From contig NW_005434642.1 in assembly GCF_000315625.1 (NCBI RefSeq), positions 3,080 through 67,079 on the forward strand: 64,000 bases of DNA, in the 5' to 3' direction. The position numbers and the translations under genes are program-made. Below, in pieces: positions 1-10,119 of this stretch. This DNA is from Guillardia theta CCMP2712. Its lineage: Eukaryota; Protista; Cryptophyta. A model generated the notes under the pieces. It ran no database searches. It was not told the origin of the DNA and saw only the letters and a program-made list of their open reading frames with translations. How positions within the stretch are numbered: position 1 is the stretch's first letter; each line of letters starts with the position of its first letter.

Positions 1-796
1 CGCTGCTGGAGATCTGCTGCGGGGAGACAACCTACCGCACGGAGACGGCGTGGGGGAAGTACGCGGGGTCATGGAATGAAGAGGTGAGGACAGGGAGGGA
101 GGGAGGGAGGGAGGGAGGGAGGGAGGGAGGGAGGGAGGGAGGGAGGGAGGGAGGAAGAGCAGGAGGAAGAGCAGGAGAATGGGACTGATCGATGGTTTCA
201 GTTTGTGTTTGCGATCGACTCACTCAGCATGGACCTGACGCTGATGCTCTACGATGATGTGAGGGGAAGCGAGGGAAGGCGTGTGGGAGGAGGGGCCGGG
301 GGGCAGAGGGCGGAGGGAGGAAGAGGGTACAGAGTGAAGAGTTGGAGGAGGTGAAGGAGGTATGAAGGGGAAGCGGACGAGGACGGACAAGGAGAAAGAG
401 GGTGCTGATATGTGAGCAGAACCGAGGGAAATTCAAGGAGCTGATCGGGAGGGCAAAGATAAAGATCAAAAGTATACTCCAGTCGGTACGGAAGAGGAGG
501 AAAGGGGGGGGAGAGGGGAGCAGCAGAGCAGAGGATGAGGGTTCATGTGATGGAAGCACAGGGGGAATGTTGGGTGGAGATGAAGAAGAAGAACGGGGAG
601 AGCGTGTTGGGTCAGAACAAGAAAACGACGAGAGTGAAGGTGAGGTTTTTTATTCATCTCACTCAACCTAACCTCTCGAAAGACATCCGTTTCATCATCA
701 TCATCATAATCATAATCATCATCGTCATCATTATCATCATTATCATCATCGTCTTCTTCATCATCGTCATCACCGTCATCATCATTTTTGTCATCG

Positions 797-857
<61 letters not shown>

Positions 858-3085
858 CATCTGAGTTCTTATCACTCGTTGCTCGCATGCTCTACTTGCG
901 CACCTTACTTCTTCTTCATCACCTCAGATCTCTGTGGACCAATGGACGCAGAAGAATCATACAGCTCTCGATCACAATCAGATCTCTCCTCTGGTCGCCT
1001 CCCCTCTGCCACCTGTTCTCCTCCTCATCTTCAAACTCTTCAGGAGCTCACCAACTTTGTGCAATTCCTCGAGGACGAGGAGTGGACGTTCCGGGTGCGA
1101 GGAGGATGATTCAGGGCTAAGTTCCCGTCCTGATTGCTCCCTGGCAGTTTCGAGTGACAAGGGTCGGCTACCTGTGCTGCAGATTATGGGAAGGGTGACA
1201 GAAAGTTGTTGTTTCGTTCCTGTCTCGTCAAGTTTTCCCAGGATTGCTCCGGATTGCTATGTGGAGACGATGTTTGTGAATCAGGCCGGGAAGAGGGTGT
1301 GAGTTGAACACAAGTCCAGTCTGTTTGATACTTTGACGATGTTTGTTGTTATTCACGACGTTTATTTTCTGTTGTTGTCTGACAGCGATGTCTGTCAGCG
1401 ATGTCGATGATGATGATGATGATGATTGTGTATGATGATTGTGTATGATCTCAGCCGTATATTCGCGATCTTTGTTGTCTATTGACGATCATCTCTTCTT
1501 CCTCGCAGGAGCGAGGCCCAGTCGACTTCAGTGTGCAAGAAACATGGAGGATTTCCAGGATGGACGGAGAGTATGACTGTAAGAAAGCGTATAGCTCTCA
1601 TCCTGTTCCTCTTCCTGCTCCTCCCCCTCGTCGATCACTACTAGTACCACTCTTCCTCCTCCTTCTCCTTCTCCTCTTTGTTCCCTTTCATGTCCTCTTA
1701 TATCCTCTCTCAACTTTCCCCCTTGCGCTCCCCACTTTGGCATCCTAGCCCCTCCCCTCTTCTCTCCCTCTCCCTGCCCTTCTCCCTCTCCTTCCTCCTC
1801 TCTCTCTTCACCGCCATCTCTCCTCTCCCCAACCCATTCCTTCTCCCCCTCTCCCTCCTGATCTCTCACTTCCTCCTGCCCCTCTCCCCACTCCCTCTCC
1901 ACTTCCTTCGGATGATGCTTCCTTCTCAGCTGAGGGTCCCGAAGAACGAAGACATTCAAACCCTCCAGCTCCTCCTCGCCTTCAAGTCTTCCTCCATGCT
2001 GCGCCTTACCAAGTCCTCCGACTTGGGTCCATCGAAACTCTTGAGGCAAGCAAGTGACAACAGAGCAGGTCTGACCAAGGCCAACCTGTTTCAAGTGTAT
2101 TTCGAGTCGAAGAGCAAACCAAAGATCGATCTTGACCTTCATGTGATGAGTTGTGTGATGATAGGACAGTCATTAACTTGACTCTGATCCCCAGGCCTTT
2201 GAGAACGGGTTCCGTCTCCTTGACAACCACGGTCTTCACCTACCTCCCTCCTGTCCCTCCCTCCTTTCCCTCCCTCCCTCCTTTCCCTCCCTCCCTCCTT
2301 TCCCTCCCTCCTTTCCCTCCCTCCTTTCCCTCCCTCCCTCCCTTCCTCACATCTTCGTCAAGGCGTGCCCATCACCGTCACGCTGGAGACTATCTTCACC
2401 AAGGCAGAGACCAGGTTCACGAGCTCCCGCGCGCGCCTCTCCATCTCCCTCCGAGAGCACGGCGAGTTCCTGGACCAGCTCAAGGACCTCGAGGAGCAGA
2501 TCCAACGGCTGAGCCAACGGGAGTATAAGGTGCGAGCCTCGGCCCTCGGCCCTTGAACTTACAGCTTCCTGCCCCAGCTCGTCTCTTTCTCGGCCACCAA
2601 GTCGAGGAGGGTCTCTCCGTCTACATCCCCGTCCGCTGCCTCATGCTCAGGTGCAGGTGCAGGAGATGCTGCAGGAGCTGGAGGAGGTCCGAGCGGTGAC
2701 GTGGCCCTCTCCCCTTATCTCGCCTCCTCACCTTGTCGGACAGGAGATGGAATCCTTGCCTGCGAAGAAGGAACTCGCGCCTGTCTCGCTCCCTTGCGGC
2801 TCTAACGCTCCTTGCTGCTCAGGATTCTTTGGTCCTGTCATTCAACAAAGTCGCAGACATGCTTCGCCCGGATTCCATGAACACAGATGGTGCTATGCCT
2901 CCTCTTCCGTCCTCCTCCGTCCTCTTCAATTCCCTCCTTCGCTGTTCAACATCTCTGACTGCCCTTCTCTTCAGTCGCAGCGGGGTCGTCGCAGCGAGAC
3001 ATTCTCCTTGCCATGTCTGCCAGTCTCTTCTTTGTTCTCCTCTACTCTCTCTTTCCTCGCCCTTGAACCTATCAGCCCCCAATAA
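1..3085 (+). CDS. C2-domain-containing protein with C-terminal coiled coil (5' partial, multi-exon)
   Basis: Spliced exons read LLEICCGETTYRTETAWGKYAGSWNEE / VLICEQNRGKFKELIGRAKIKIKSI / CWVEMKKKNG, resembling the C2 pattern (..YRT..P.WNE.F..D..IG...I.l..l...W..L). Later exons give EFLDQLKDLEEQIQRLSQREYKVQEMLQELEE (heptad-like). The 3' end is approximate. Confidence 0.55.
692..860. repeat. (CAT)n microsatellite in intron
   Basis: Direct reading; source of the poly-D/I/M/S ORFs. Confidence 0.95.
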
Positions 3086-3099
3086 ATCGTCTGAGTCTC

Positions 3100-3700
3100 A
3101 CTGGCCGCTGCGCCGTCTCTGCATCCGTCATGGAGGCCCCCGCCGTGCGGCTACTCAGCACTGAGGGCCCGGTGACTTACTCAGTCAGCCTGCAGTGAGC
3201 GCGAGTCACGGCAGAGTCGTTTCAACTCTCAGTGTAGGGGGGCTATTCAGTCACGCCACTGTGTACTTGTTACTAGGCTCAGCATGTGGTGCCTGAGTTA
3301 CCCTGGTGGCTACCGGCGTCAGATCAGTGTCACGGACTCGCCCGCGGCCGTGACAAGCTCACGGTGCTCTCCAGCATTGTACCGTACCTGTCGGAAGTTG
3401 AGGGCGCCCATGATGAACGTTACCGTCACGGCGGACTCCGCGGTGCAGTCGGGCCCCCGCCTCTCCCCAGTCACCCGCAGTTAAGTTGACGGTACCCGGT
3501 ACCCTTCAAGGGTGCATCCTTTACTTTCACACTGTGCTATCCGCCCCGATCGATCCGACTCGTTGAACCCCCGGGCCCCCGTGCCGCTCAACCCGGTGAC
3601 CGAGTCCCGGCGGGCCGCCCGCGGGCCGGGCGCGGCCCGGCAGCCCGGCGGCCGCCGCCCGGCCCGGCCGGGCGCTGGTGACGTCGATGCTTTGATCAAC
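3100..3700. other. GC-rich intergenic block (CCGG/GCCGC/ACTCAG/GTCACG words)
   Basis: CpG-rich, no credible ORF; same word usage as 7735-8010, 32265-32865, 36090-36290, 39055-39210 and 61815-62275. Confidence 0.6.
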
Positions 3701-4025
3701 TAGCAGTACACCCACCCCTCCATTGAGTGGTTATCCACCCTGACCCTACCAATTACCTCAAATCAGACCCACCTTGCTGGGTTTGAGCCTTGCTCAACTA
3801 CCCCCCTTTTCAATGGTACCACGCTCGAGACCGGCGCTGGGAAACGGTGGGGTAGGGGGTGGCCTTTGAATTTGTTCATCATTGGAAAGGGGGGTCTTTT
3901 GCCAGACAATGTAAAGGGGTTTACAGGGGTACTGAGTTTACAAGGGTGGGTAGGTGGAAAGGGTGAAATCCAGGTTGGCTGTGGAAGGGGAGGAAGCAGT
4001 AATGGAAGGGGTTGGGATGCAGGGT

Positions 4026-4475
4026 ATGGAAGAAGCCATGGCAGCAAGAAAGGAGCCGGCAACATTCATCGACTACATTGAGGAGTATGGCTTCCTTGTC
4101 TTCATGCTCGCTGTGTTGCTATATTTCATTGTGCGCAAGCTGAAAGAAAGTTACGGTACCATGAAGTTGGAGGCAAAGCTCAAATCCAGAGACGACTCCA
4201 TGAGGAAGATAAGAGAACTGCAACAGGCAAGATATGAAATAGAAACTGCCGAAAAACGAAAACACCTTGCTGAAATTGAGGAAGAGAGAAGAAAACAACA
4301 GTTGGAGGAGATGGAAGCAGCAAGCCAAGGTAGATCTGCAAAGAAGCCGGAGACAAAGAAGCCCAAGGACACGAGGGACTATTGGGACAACGCAAGTGGG
4401 TTTAGTCATATGAACAATGGGGGGGGAGGCAGAGGATATAAACCATCATGCCGCCGGCGAGGTGGATGAGGTTAA
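4026..4475 (+). CDS. SELENOS: Selenoprotein S (SelS/VIMP)-like, Sec encoded by TGA 4467-4469
   Basis: Single TM (EEYGFLVFMLAVLLYFIVRKLK), charged coiled coil, Gly-rich tail GGGGRGYKPSCRRRGG-TGA-GGT-TAA = GGUG-stop, the SelS/SelK C-terminal signature; SECIS-like hairpin downstream. Confidence 0.9.
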
Positions 4476-4478
4476 TTG

Positions 4479-4507
4479 GCCGTGGTCGGGATTTGGTGGG
4501 CCACGGC
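4479..4507 (+). promoter_or_regulatory. Proximal stem-loop just 3' of the Sec UGA
   Basis: GCCGTGGTC (4479-4487) pairs with GGCCACGGC (4499-4507): 9 bp including one G-U, 11-nt loop. Confidence 0.6.
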
Positions 4508-4547
4508 ATATTTCTTCGCATGCTTTCAGATACATGGAGGGCAATAC

Positions 4548-4602
4548 CCGCGCATTGACAGACTTTCTTCAAACGGGACGACTGAGGGAAAGCCTTGAGC
4601 GC
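4548..4602 (+). promoter_or_regulatory. Candidate SECIS element (type II-like, UUGA 5' core)
   Basis: TGAC(4556-4559), helix AGACTTTCTTC, AAA (4571-4573), mini-stem CGG/CTG, AGGGAAAGCCT, TGAG (4596-4599), flanked by GCG/CGC; spacing TGA-N12-AA-N24-GA. Confidence 0.65.
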
Positions 4603-5038
4603 AAAACTCTGCAAAGCTGCAAAGGATGAAGGTGGGGTGCATAACATCGTCTGTGGTACTACACTTGGTGTGAGAGAAGTGAGATGGTGGAACGCGACCC
4701 TTGTCATGATTAGAATCTCTGAATAAAACTTAATCAGCACAGATGATTCTGATAGGAGAAGAGAAGCAATAATTCCCTCCTTCTTATTTCGACAATAATT
4801 TATTTGATCGATGCCAAACAAAATTGCTACATTGAGGCCATGGATCTCGACGAATCGTCGATGACAAAAGCCAAATAAATAACACTTCTCTGGCCCCCAA
4901 AACAGTTCAGTTGCTTTGATCACATCTCGATTTCTGTCTGACTCAAACCCAGCATGCTTAGATAGAAAACAACGGACGTCCGACATGCACAATGTGATCG
5001 ACCTTGCTGAACCTCTTGAAGATTAACCTATCTCTCCC

Positions 5039-5612
5039 TCATGTCTGCTGTTTAGCCTCACCCCCCTGACCCTCTGATAAAATCCTGTGTGCTACCTCGA
5101 TCTGTAGAACCAAGGTTTCACCGAACCTCACAGACTTTGCTCCAGATATATACCTTGGACTGCAAGTACTTCGATCCACCTCTTGAAGGATCGTTGTTTT
5201 CAAACAAGAGCTTGTATTTCTGTTGATAATCCATATCACGAACACGTTAGTATACCATGTAAAACGATACCTGTTTGATAGTTTCTATATCTGCCGCTTT
5301 CTCAACATTGAGAATCTTTATCGCTTCATCCCTTGACATCTTCGAGCTCTTGAGAACAGCCTGCCTTGCCGCCCCTCCAGCTTGTGCATCTACAAGGAAA
5401 ACAAAAACTCTCAGCCCTGCCTGGTCGACTGAACGTCTTGCAGACTCACTTATCATCGCTTGCTTGTAAGCATCCACAAGCGCACGCCCAACAATTGGTG
5501 CAGCCACAGCAGCCACACGAAAAACCGCAGAGAAGACAGAAGGTAACTGAAACAATTCTCTTGTCAGAGGCGTGAAAAAAATTCTTGGCCGCGTCTGACT
5601 TACCGGTGCCAT
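5039..5612 (-). CDS. PAM16: Mitochondrial import motor subunit Pam16/Tim16
   Basis: Spliced: ..IVGRALVDAYKQAMI..KMSRDEAIKILNVEK..IKQ|KYKLLFENNDPSRGGSKYLQSK|IEVAHRIL; GGSxYLQSK J-like motif. Confidence 0.9.
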
Positions 5613-6326
5613 TGCGAGTGGGAACCTAAAGACTCTCGGGTTCTTGTGAAAGGTTCTCCGCTCAGGAAGAGGTGTAGCTCGGCTTGCAGTAAGTGCTGGA
5701 AAGCAAGACGTAGATCGATCGAGATGGTATCACTCAGTAAGGCTGAGGAGGAGGAGGAGGAGGAGGAGGAGGAGGAGGAGGAGGAGGAGGAGAGCCTGCA
5801 AACACGCTTGCTTCGCGCAGCTTCTCAAGCAAGCGAAGGAAGAACGAATGTCAGCCAGTGGGTGGGTGGGTTTTATGGGGTAGGGTACTCTAGACTATCC
5901 TGAAGACTAGAGATGGTGGTGGGGGTAGCAGTCCCAGGGTAGAAGAACTGGGGTCTGAGAGGGGGTGGTCGTGGGTGAAGAACCTGCACGATCGGAGTGA
6001 TAACAATTTTGGTAGAATTTTCAGAGTCATCCAAAATGTTAGGCAGATATTCAAAATTTGGCATCTGACATATTGATTTTAGCGGAAATTGAAGAAAATC
6101 AAACACTCGCCCATACAATAGCCCCCACCCCTTACATCCCATTCCTACCCCACCTCCCCCATCCACCCCACCCACCCCACCCCACCCCACCCCACCCCAT
6201 CCCTCTCACCACCACCACTCCCCCTCGAACTTCTCCAGTGTTTTAAAACTACTGGAGGAAGACAGGGTGGGTACCCTCATTCGCCAAGTAAACGTGTTTT
6301 TGACGGTAGGTCATAGGCTCTCCACA

Positions 6327-6410
6327 GGGGTGGGTCCTTCCCTCTGGGTCCTCTAGGGGTCCTCTAGGGGGTCCTCTATTGCGTCCTCGAGGGGGTCCTC
6401 CAGGGGTCTC
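6327..6410. repeat. Degenerate 11-12 bp tandem repeat (GGGTCCTCTAG) in a divergent promoter region
   Basis: GTCCTC at 6348, 6359, 6371, 6383 and 6395. Confidence 0.75.
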
Positions 6411-6512
6411 AGTCCACTTTGGTCAGTGTGGGGATGTGGACAATCTTGCCATGTCAGGGATGGGAAGCATGGGTGCGATCAGATAGGCTTGCGAGGGGAA
6501 GGAGGAACGAAA

Positions 6513-7818
6513 ATGTCGACGGTGGACGATGGAAAGAGATCAAGACAAGCTCAAGGACAAGAAGCGAGGACAAGGTATAGCCGTGGTACACAGCAGCAGC
6601 AATATTCCCTATTGGGCCATCGAAACCAGGAAGGGAGGTTTTCGGAAAGAACATCGGAATACATTTCGATATTGTAGGTTCTTTGTTCGATGTGATCTTG
6701 CGCGACATCTCGAAGCTATACCGTGTTTTCGGTGTCAGTGTTTTCAGTAATAGCGCTTACTTTTGTGTTTGTACAGAAACGGCGTTAACACGATGGGATG
6801 TGTAGTTACGATTACCTTCATGATCATCTTGTTCCTGTCGTCAACGGCTACTGGGCAAAGGCAGAGCTCCCGAGATTCACGCGAGACGATGGGATATGAT
6901 CCCTCCAAAGAGACGTTAGGGACAGTGAGCATGCCATCTATGCCTTCAAAGGACTCATCCTTCCTTATCGATGGAAACAAGCAGAACTCCCAGCCGATGC
7001 GGGCTTCAGGATTCCCAGATGTACAGAATCAGATCTCTGCTCCAAGCTCCTCCGCTCCATGCAAGTGCCCTGCAGGTGGTCACAAGATACCTCATGTTGC
7101 AAGTCGCTGACCATGTCTTAGGCAACCAGGCAAGAGGTGGGAATGTTGCGACTGCAGCTGCGACTCTCGGTGCTCTGATGTGGGCAGGAGGTCAGATTCC
7201 GCAAATGAGCAAAGTTTGGAAGTCTAAGAATGCTCAGTCATTCTCTGCGATGACTTTGTTCTTCCAATTGGGTGCATCTTTTCTCTGTGCAATCTATGCC
7301 TTGTTGTCTGGATCGTTCACTCTCACACTGTTTTCCATGTTCTTATTTGGCAGGTGAACCTTGATATTTTGTTGTTGCTTGTGCATTCATCTAACTTGTT
7401 CTTTACTTTCTTTTTCGTCTTGTTTTCTTGCGTGAACAGTTCTGGGCTTTATCTGTATGTGTATATCAAGCATCCGGCCATTCAATCTCCCGAGGAATGG
7501 AACCTTCAGAATGTACAAGCAGTGAACGAGGAGTTTGCTGACTTTGGCGATAAATTGGATGATCTTTGAAAGTATTCCGTTCTCTTGAAAAAGTTGCTGT
7601 TCATCGTTGGGGATACCGTAGTACCTGCTGGACTTTCACCCCAGGATCAGTCGGAACTTGAAGCCAAGTTTTCGAATTGCGAAAATTCCGAACTTCCACA
7701 CGACATGGCTTTGCATGGTTCCGATAGTCAAGTCACTACTGTGGTGGCTGCCGCAGTGCAGTGCAGTACCGTACCGAGCCTCCCGGAGGCTGGCTCGCCG
7801 CCGACAGTGAGTGCTTGA
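6513..7818 (+). CDS. PQ-loop repeat membrane protein (multi-exon, ends approximate)
   Basis: AATLGALMWAGGQIPQMSKVWKSKNAQSFSAMTLFFQLGASFLCAIYALL matches the PQ-loop pattern; additional hydrophobic segments up- and downstream. Confidence 0.7.
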
Positions 7819-8304
7819 ACTGACGGTCACCCGGCGGCGAGCCCGCTTCCGCCGTTGAAGCCAAGTGGGCCGGGCCGGGGCCGACCCGGGCCTTAGACTC
7901 AACGGTGAGTCCGGTGCCACGGTCACGCCGGCCCGGGGCTTGTAGCCTCCGAGAGGCGACTCTCGGAGGCTCGGTAGGCCCGCTCAGTCGGCAACTGAAT
8001 TGTGCTTGGGCCCACCTCAGGCACAAATGGGATTTGACATGATGGGTAACCCGGTGGTGTCCTGTGATGGGGTAGTGGGGGTACTCAGTGATACCGGTCT
8101 CCTCGAGACCAAGTTTTCAGAAAGAGTACGGGTGGGTGCTATGACGAGTACCCTACCTGCTCCCGCCAATCCAGCATCCGAGGCTTGACCACCCTCTTGT
8201 ATTACATTGACCCCTGGGTTGCCCCACCATTCCTACCCACCCCTACCCTACCCCCTCTAATTTTCTTCTCCAGCCTGACCCAGGTGATTTCTCGCTTGCC
8301 GCCC

Positions 8305-10064
8305 ATGGAACTTCAACTTCGCTCTGAGGGCGGGAGGACGACGACGAGAGCAGACGACAAGATGATGGCAGGAGAAAGGTTGGAAGAGCTGTTACATCTG
8401 CAGACAAGGCGCTTCTGAAGAGAAAGAAATCATCCATCTCTCCGATCTTACCCAATTCCCAAGACACAAACTTCGCTCACAACTCCTACAGCGACTTGTC
8501 CGAGAATTTTGATTTGGATTCCAGAACAAAGTCAGCAAGTACATCCGATTTGAAAAGGGCCATTGCAAAACATGCAGAGTCAAGGATCGCAAAACCATTC
8601 TCCACATCTCACAGTCAGAAAGGCTGCGGTATGCATTATCTGCATCGTGTCAAATCAGAAATGTGACATGTGGCTCAGGAAAACAACGCAGCAATGAACA
8701 AAGAGGATGAATCAGGTCCTTCTAACAAGAATTCAGAAAATGATCCAACAGACAGCACCCCTGAAAATTCCAGGTCTCCACTGAGCAGGTTCTGCCTAGA
8801 GGTTTTTTGTTGAATATCGCTGAAAGTAATGTACAGAGAAGACAAATTCAAAAAAATGTCAAACCTTCGTCAAAGACTCGGCAATTTGATCAGCGACAAA
8901 GATTCACCTGTAAGAAATAGTTTGATATCAGATTTGGCAATTGATCTTTTGTTTTCTTAGGGATCATCCCCCCCAAAGCGACCTTTGGTACCTTCGAATG
9001 ACATCAAGGTAAATCAAGTCATTCTGTCTGAAGAGCCACTAAAACCACACAGGATTCTCCACAATCAGCTAAACGGACTAGAGCTCAAGAGCTTATTGCA
9101 AAGTAATGCTGCTCACCTTTTCAATCGTTCCGTTGAGAAATGTTTTTTGGTATATTCCGGCTTACTCCCCTCGTCTTCAGATTGAGAGCGAGGACTGAAG
9201 GCCATATCAATTCTTTCACTCCACTCAACAAAATCGGAGAATTCAAAGATAGTTCAAGATTACAAGTACATCTCTCTTCTTTCTCTGCACCTGACCTAAT
9301 CCAAGTCATTTAGCAGGCAGGAAATTCATTTCCCAGCCAAGAAATGATTTACAGTAACATTCTCCCTTTTTGTGTAGCTTATATGAGTTCAATGCTGCAG
9401 ACCCAGACAAGTTTGGTTCGAACTCAGACTCCAAGGCAGTGAAGATGTCTGACAGCAGTAAAAAAGATGGGCCAAAGAAAGAGCGGAAGAACTTTCCGAA
9501 GGAGACAGTGGATGAATTGAAGAAATGGTTTGAAGAGCATATCATGCACCCTTATCCCGATGATTCAGACAAAGAGCTGCTCGCTGAGAAGACAGGCTTA
9601 ACAACCGCTCAGGTTTGCTCGCATCACGTACGATGTCTTCTCTTGATAGGGGAGCAGGTCAGCTACTGGTTTGTCAATGCCCGAAAGCGGATCTGGCAGC
9701 CGATGTTGCAAGACAAGCAGCAAGCTTCGCTGTCTGGGTATGCCAAGGTCACAGCAGCCGACGTGATGGTTCGAGGGATGGCACAGAAGTTGAAGGGTTC
9801 ACCGCAAGGGCTAGAGGGTCTCATGGATCTTCAAGGAGGTTCATGACTAGAGCACTGATAGACACGGCGAGCTGACTGGAATGTCGCAGGAGGCGGATCA
9901 TCTGGCGAAGAAGGCGAAGTTCTGGGCGATCTGATTTCCGGCATGGCACCTCCAGGAGCACCGATTGTAGTCAACAAGATGGCGCTCTCGACCAACGAGG
10001 CAGACAGCGAGCAAGAGAGAAGGGCAGAAGAAGGAAGCCGCGATACGCCAGCTAGTGAGAGGTA
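8305..10064 (+). CDS. TALE-class homeodomain transcription factor
   Basis: RKNFPKETVDELKKWFEEHIMHPYPDDSDKELLAEKTGLTTAQ|VSYWFVNARKRIW: HPYP TALE loop and WFxN; 45-nt intron 9613-9657. N-terminal exons uncertain. Confidence 0.9.
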
Positions 10065-10119
10065 GGAAAGAGAGGATCAAAAGGCGTCAGGTTAATTAAC
10101 AGCTTCTTCGTTGCGCTGT

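Noticed and set aside
466-888. Poly-D/I/M/S ORFs (also 14441-14940, 15077-15543, 21939-22243, 25387-25831, 49844-50140)
   Set aside because: Translations of microsatellites in introns or intergenic DNA; open in several frames
4402-4992. 196-aa minus-strand ORF
   Set aside because: Overlaps the SelS 3' end and SECIS and lies just downstream of the PAM16 stop; no recognisable motif; probably a chance ORF
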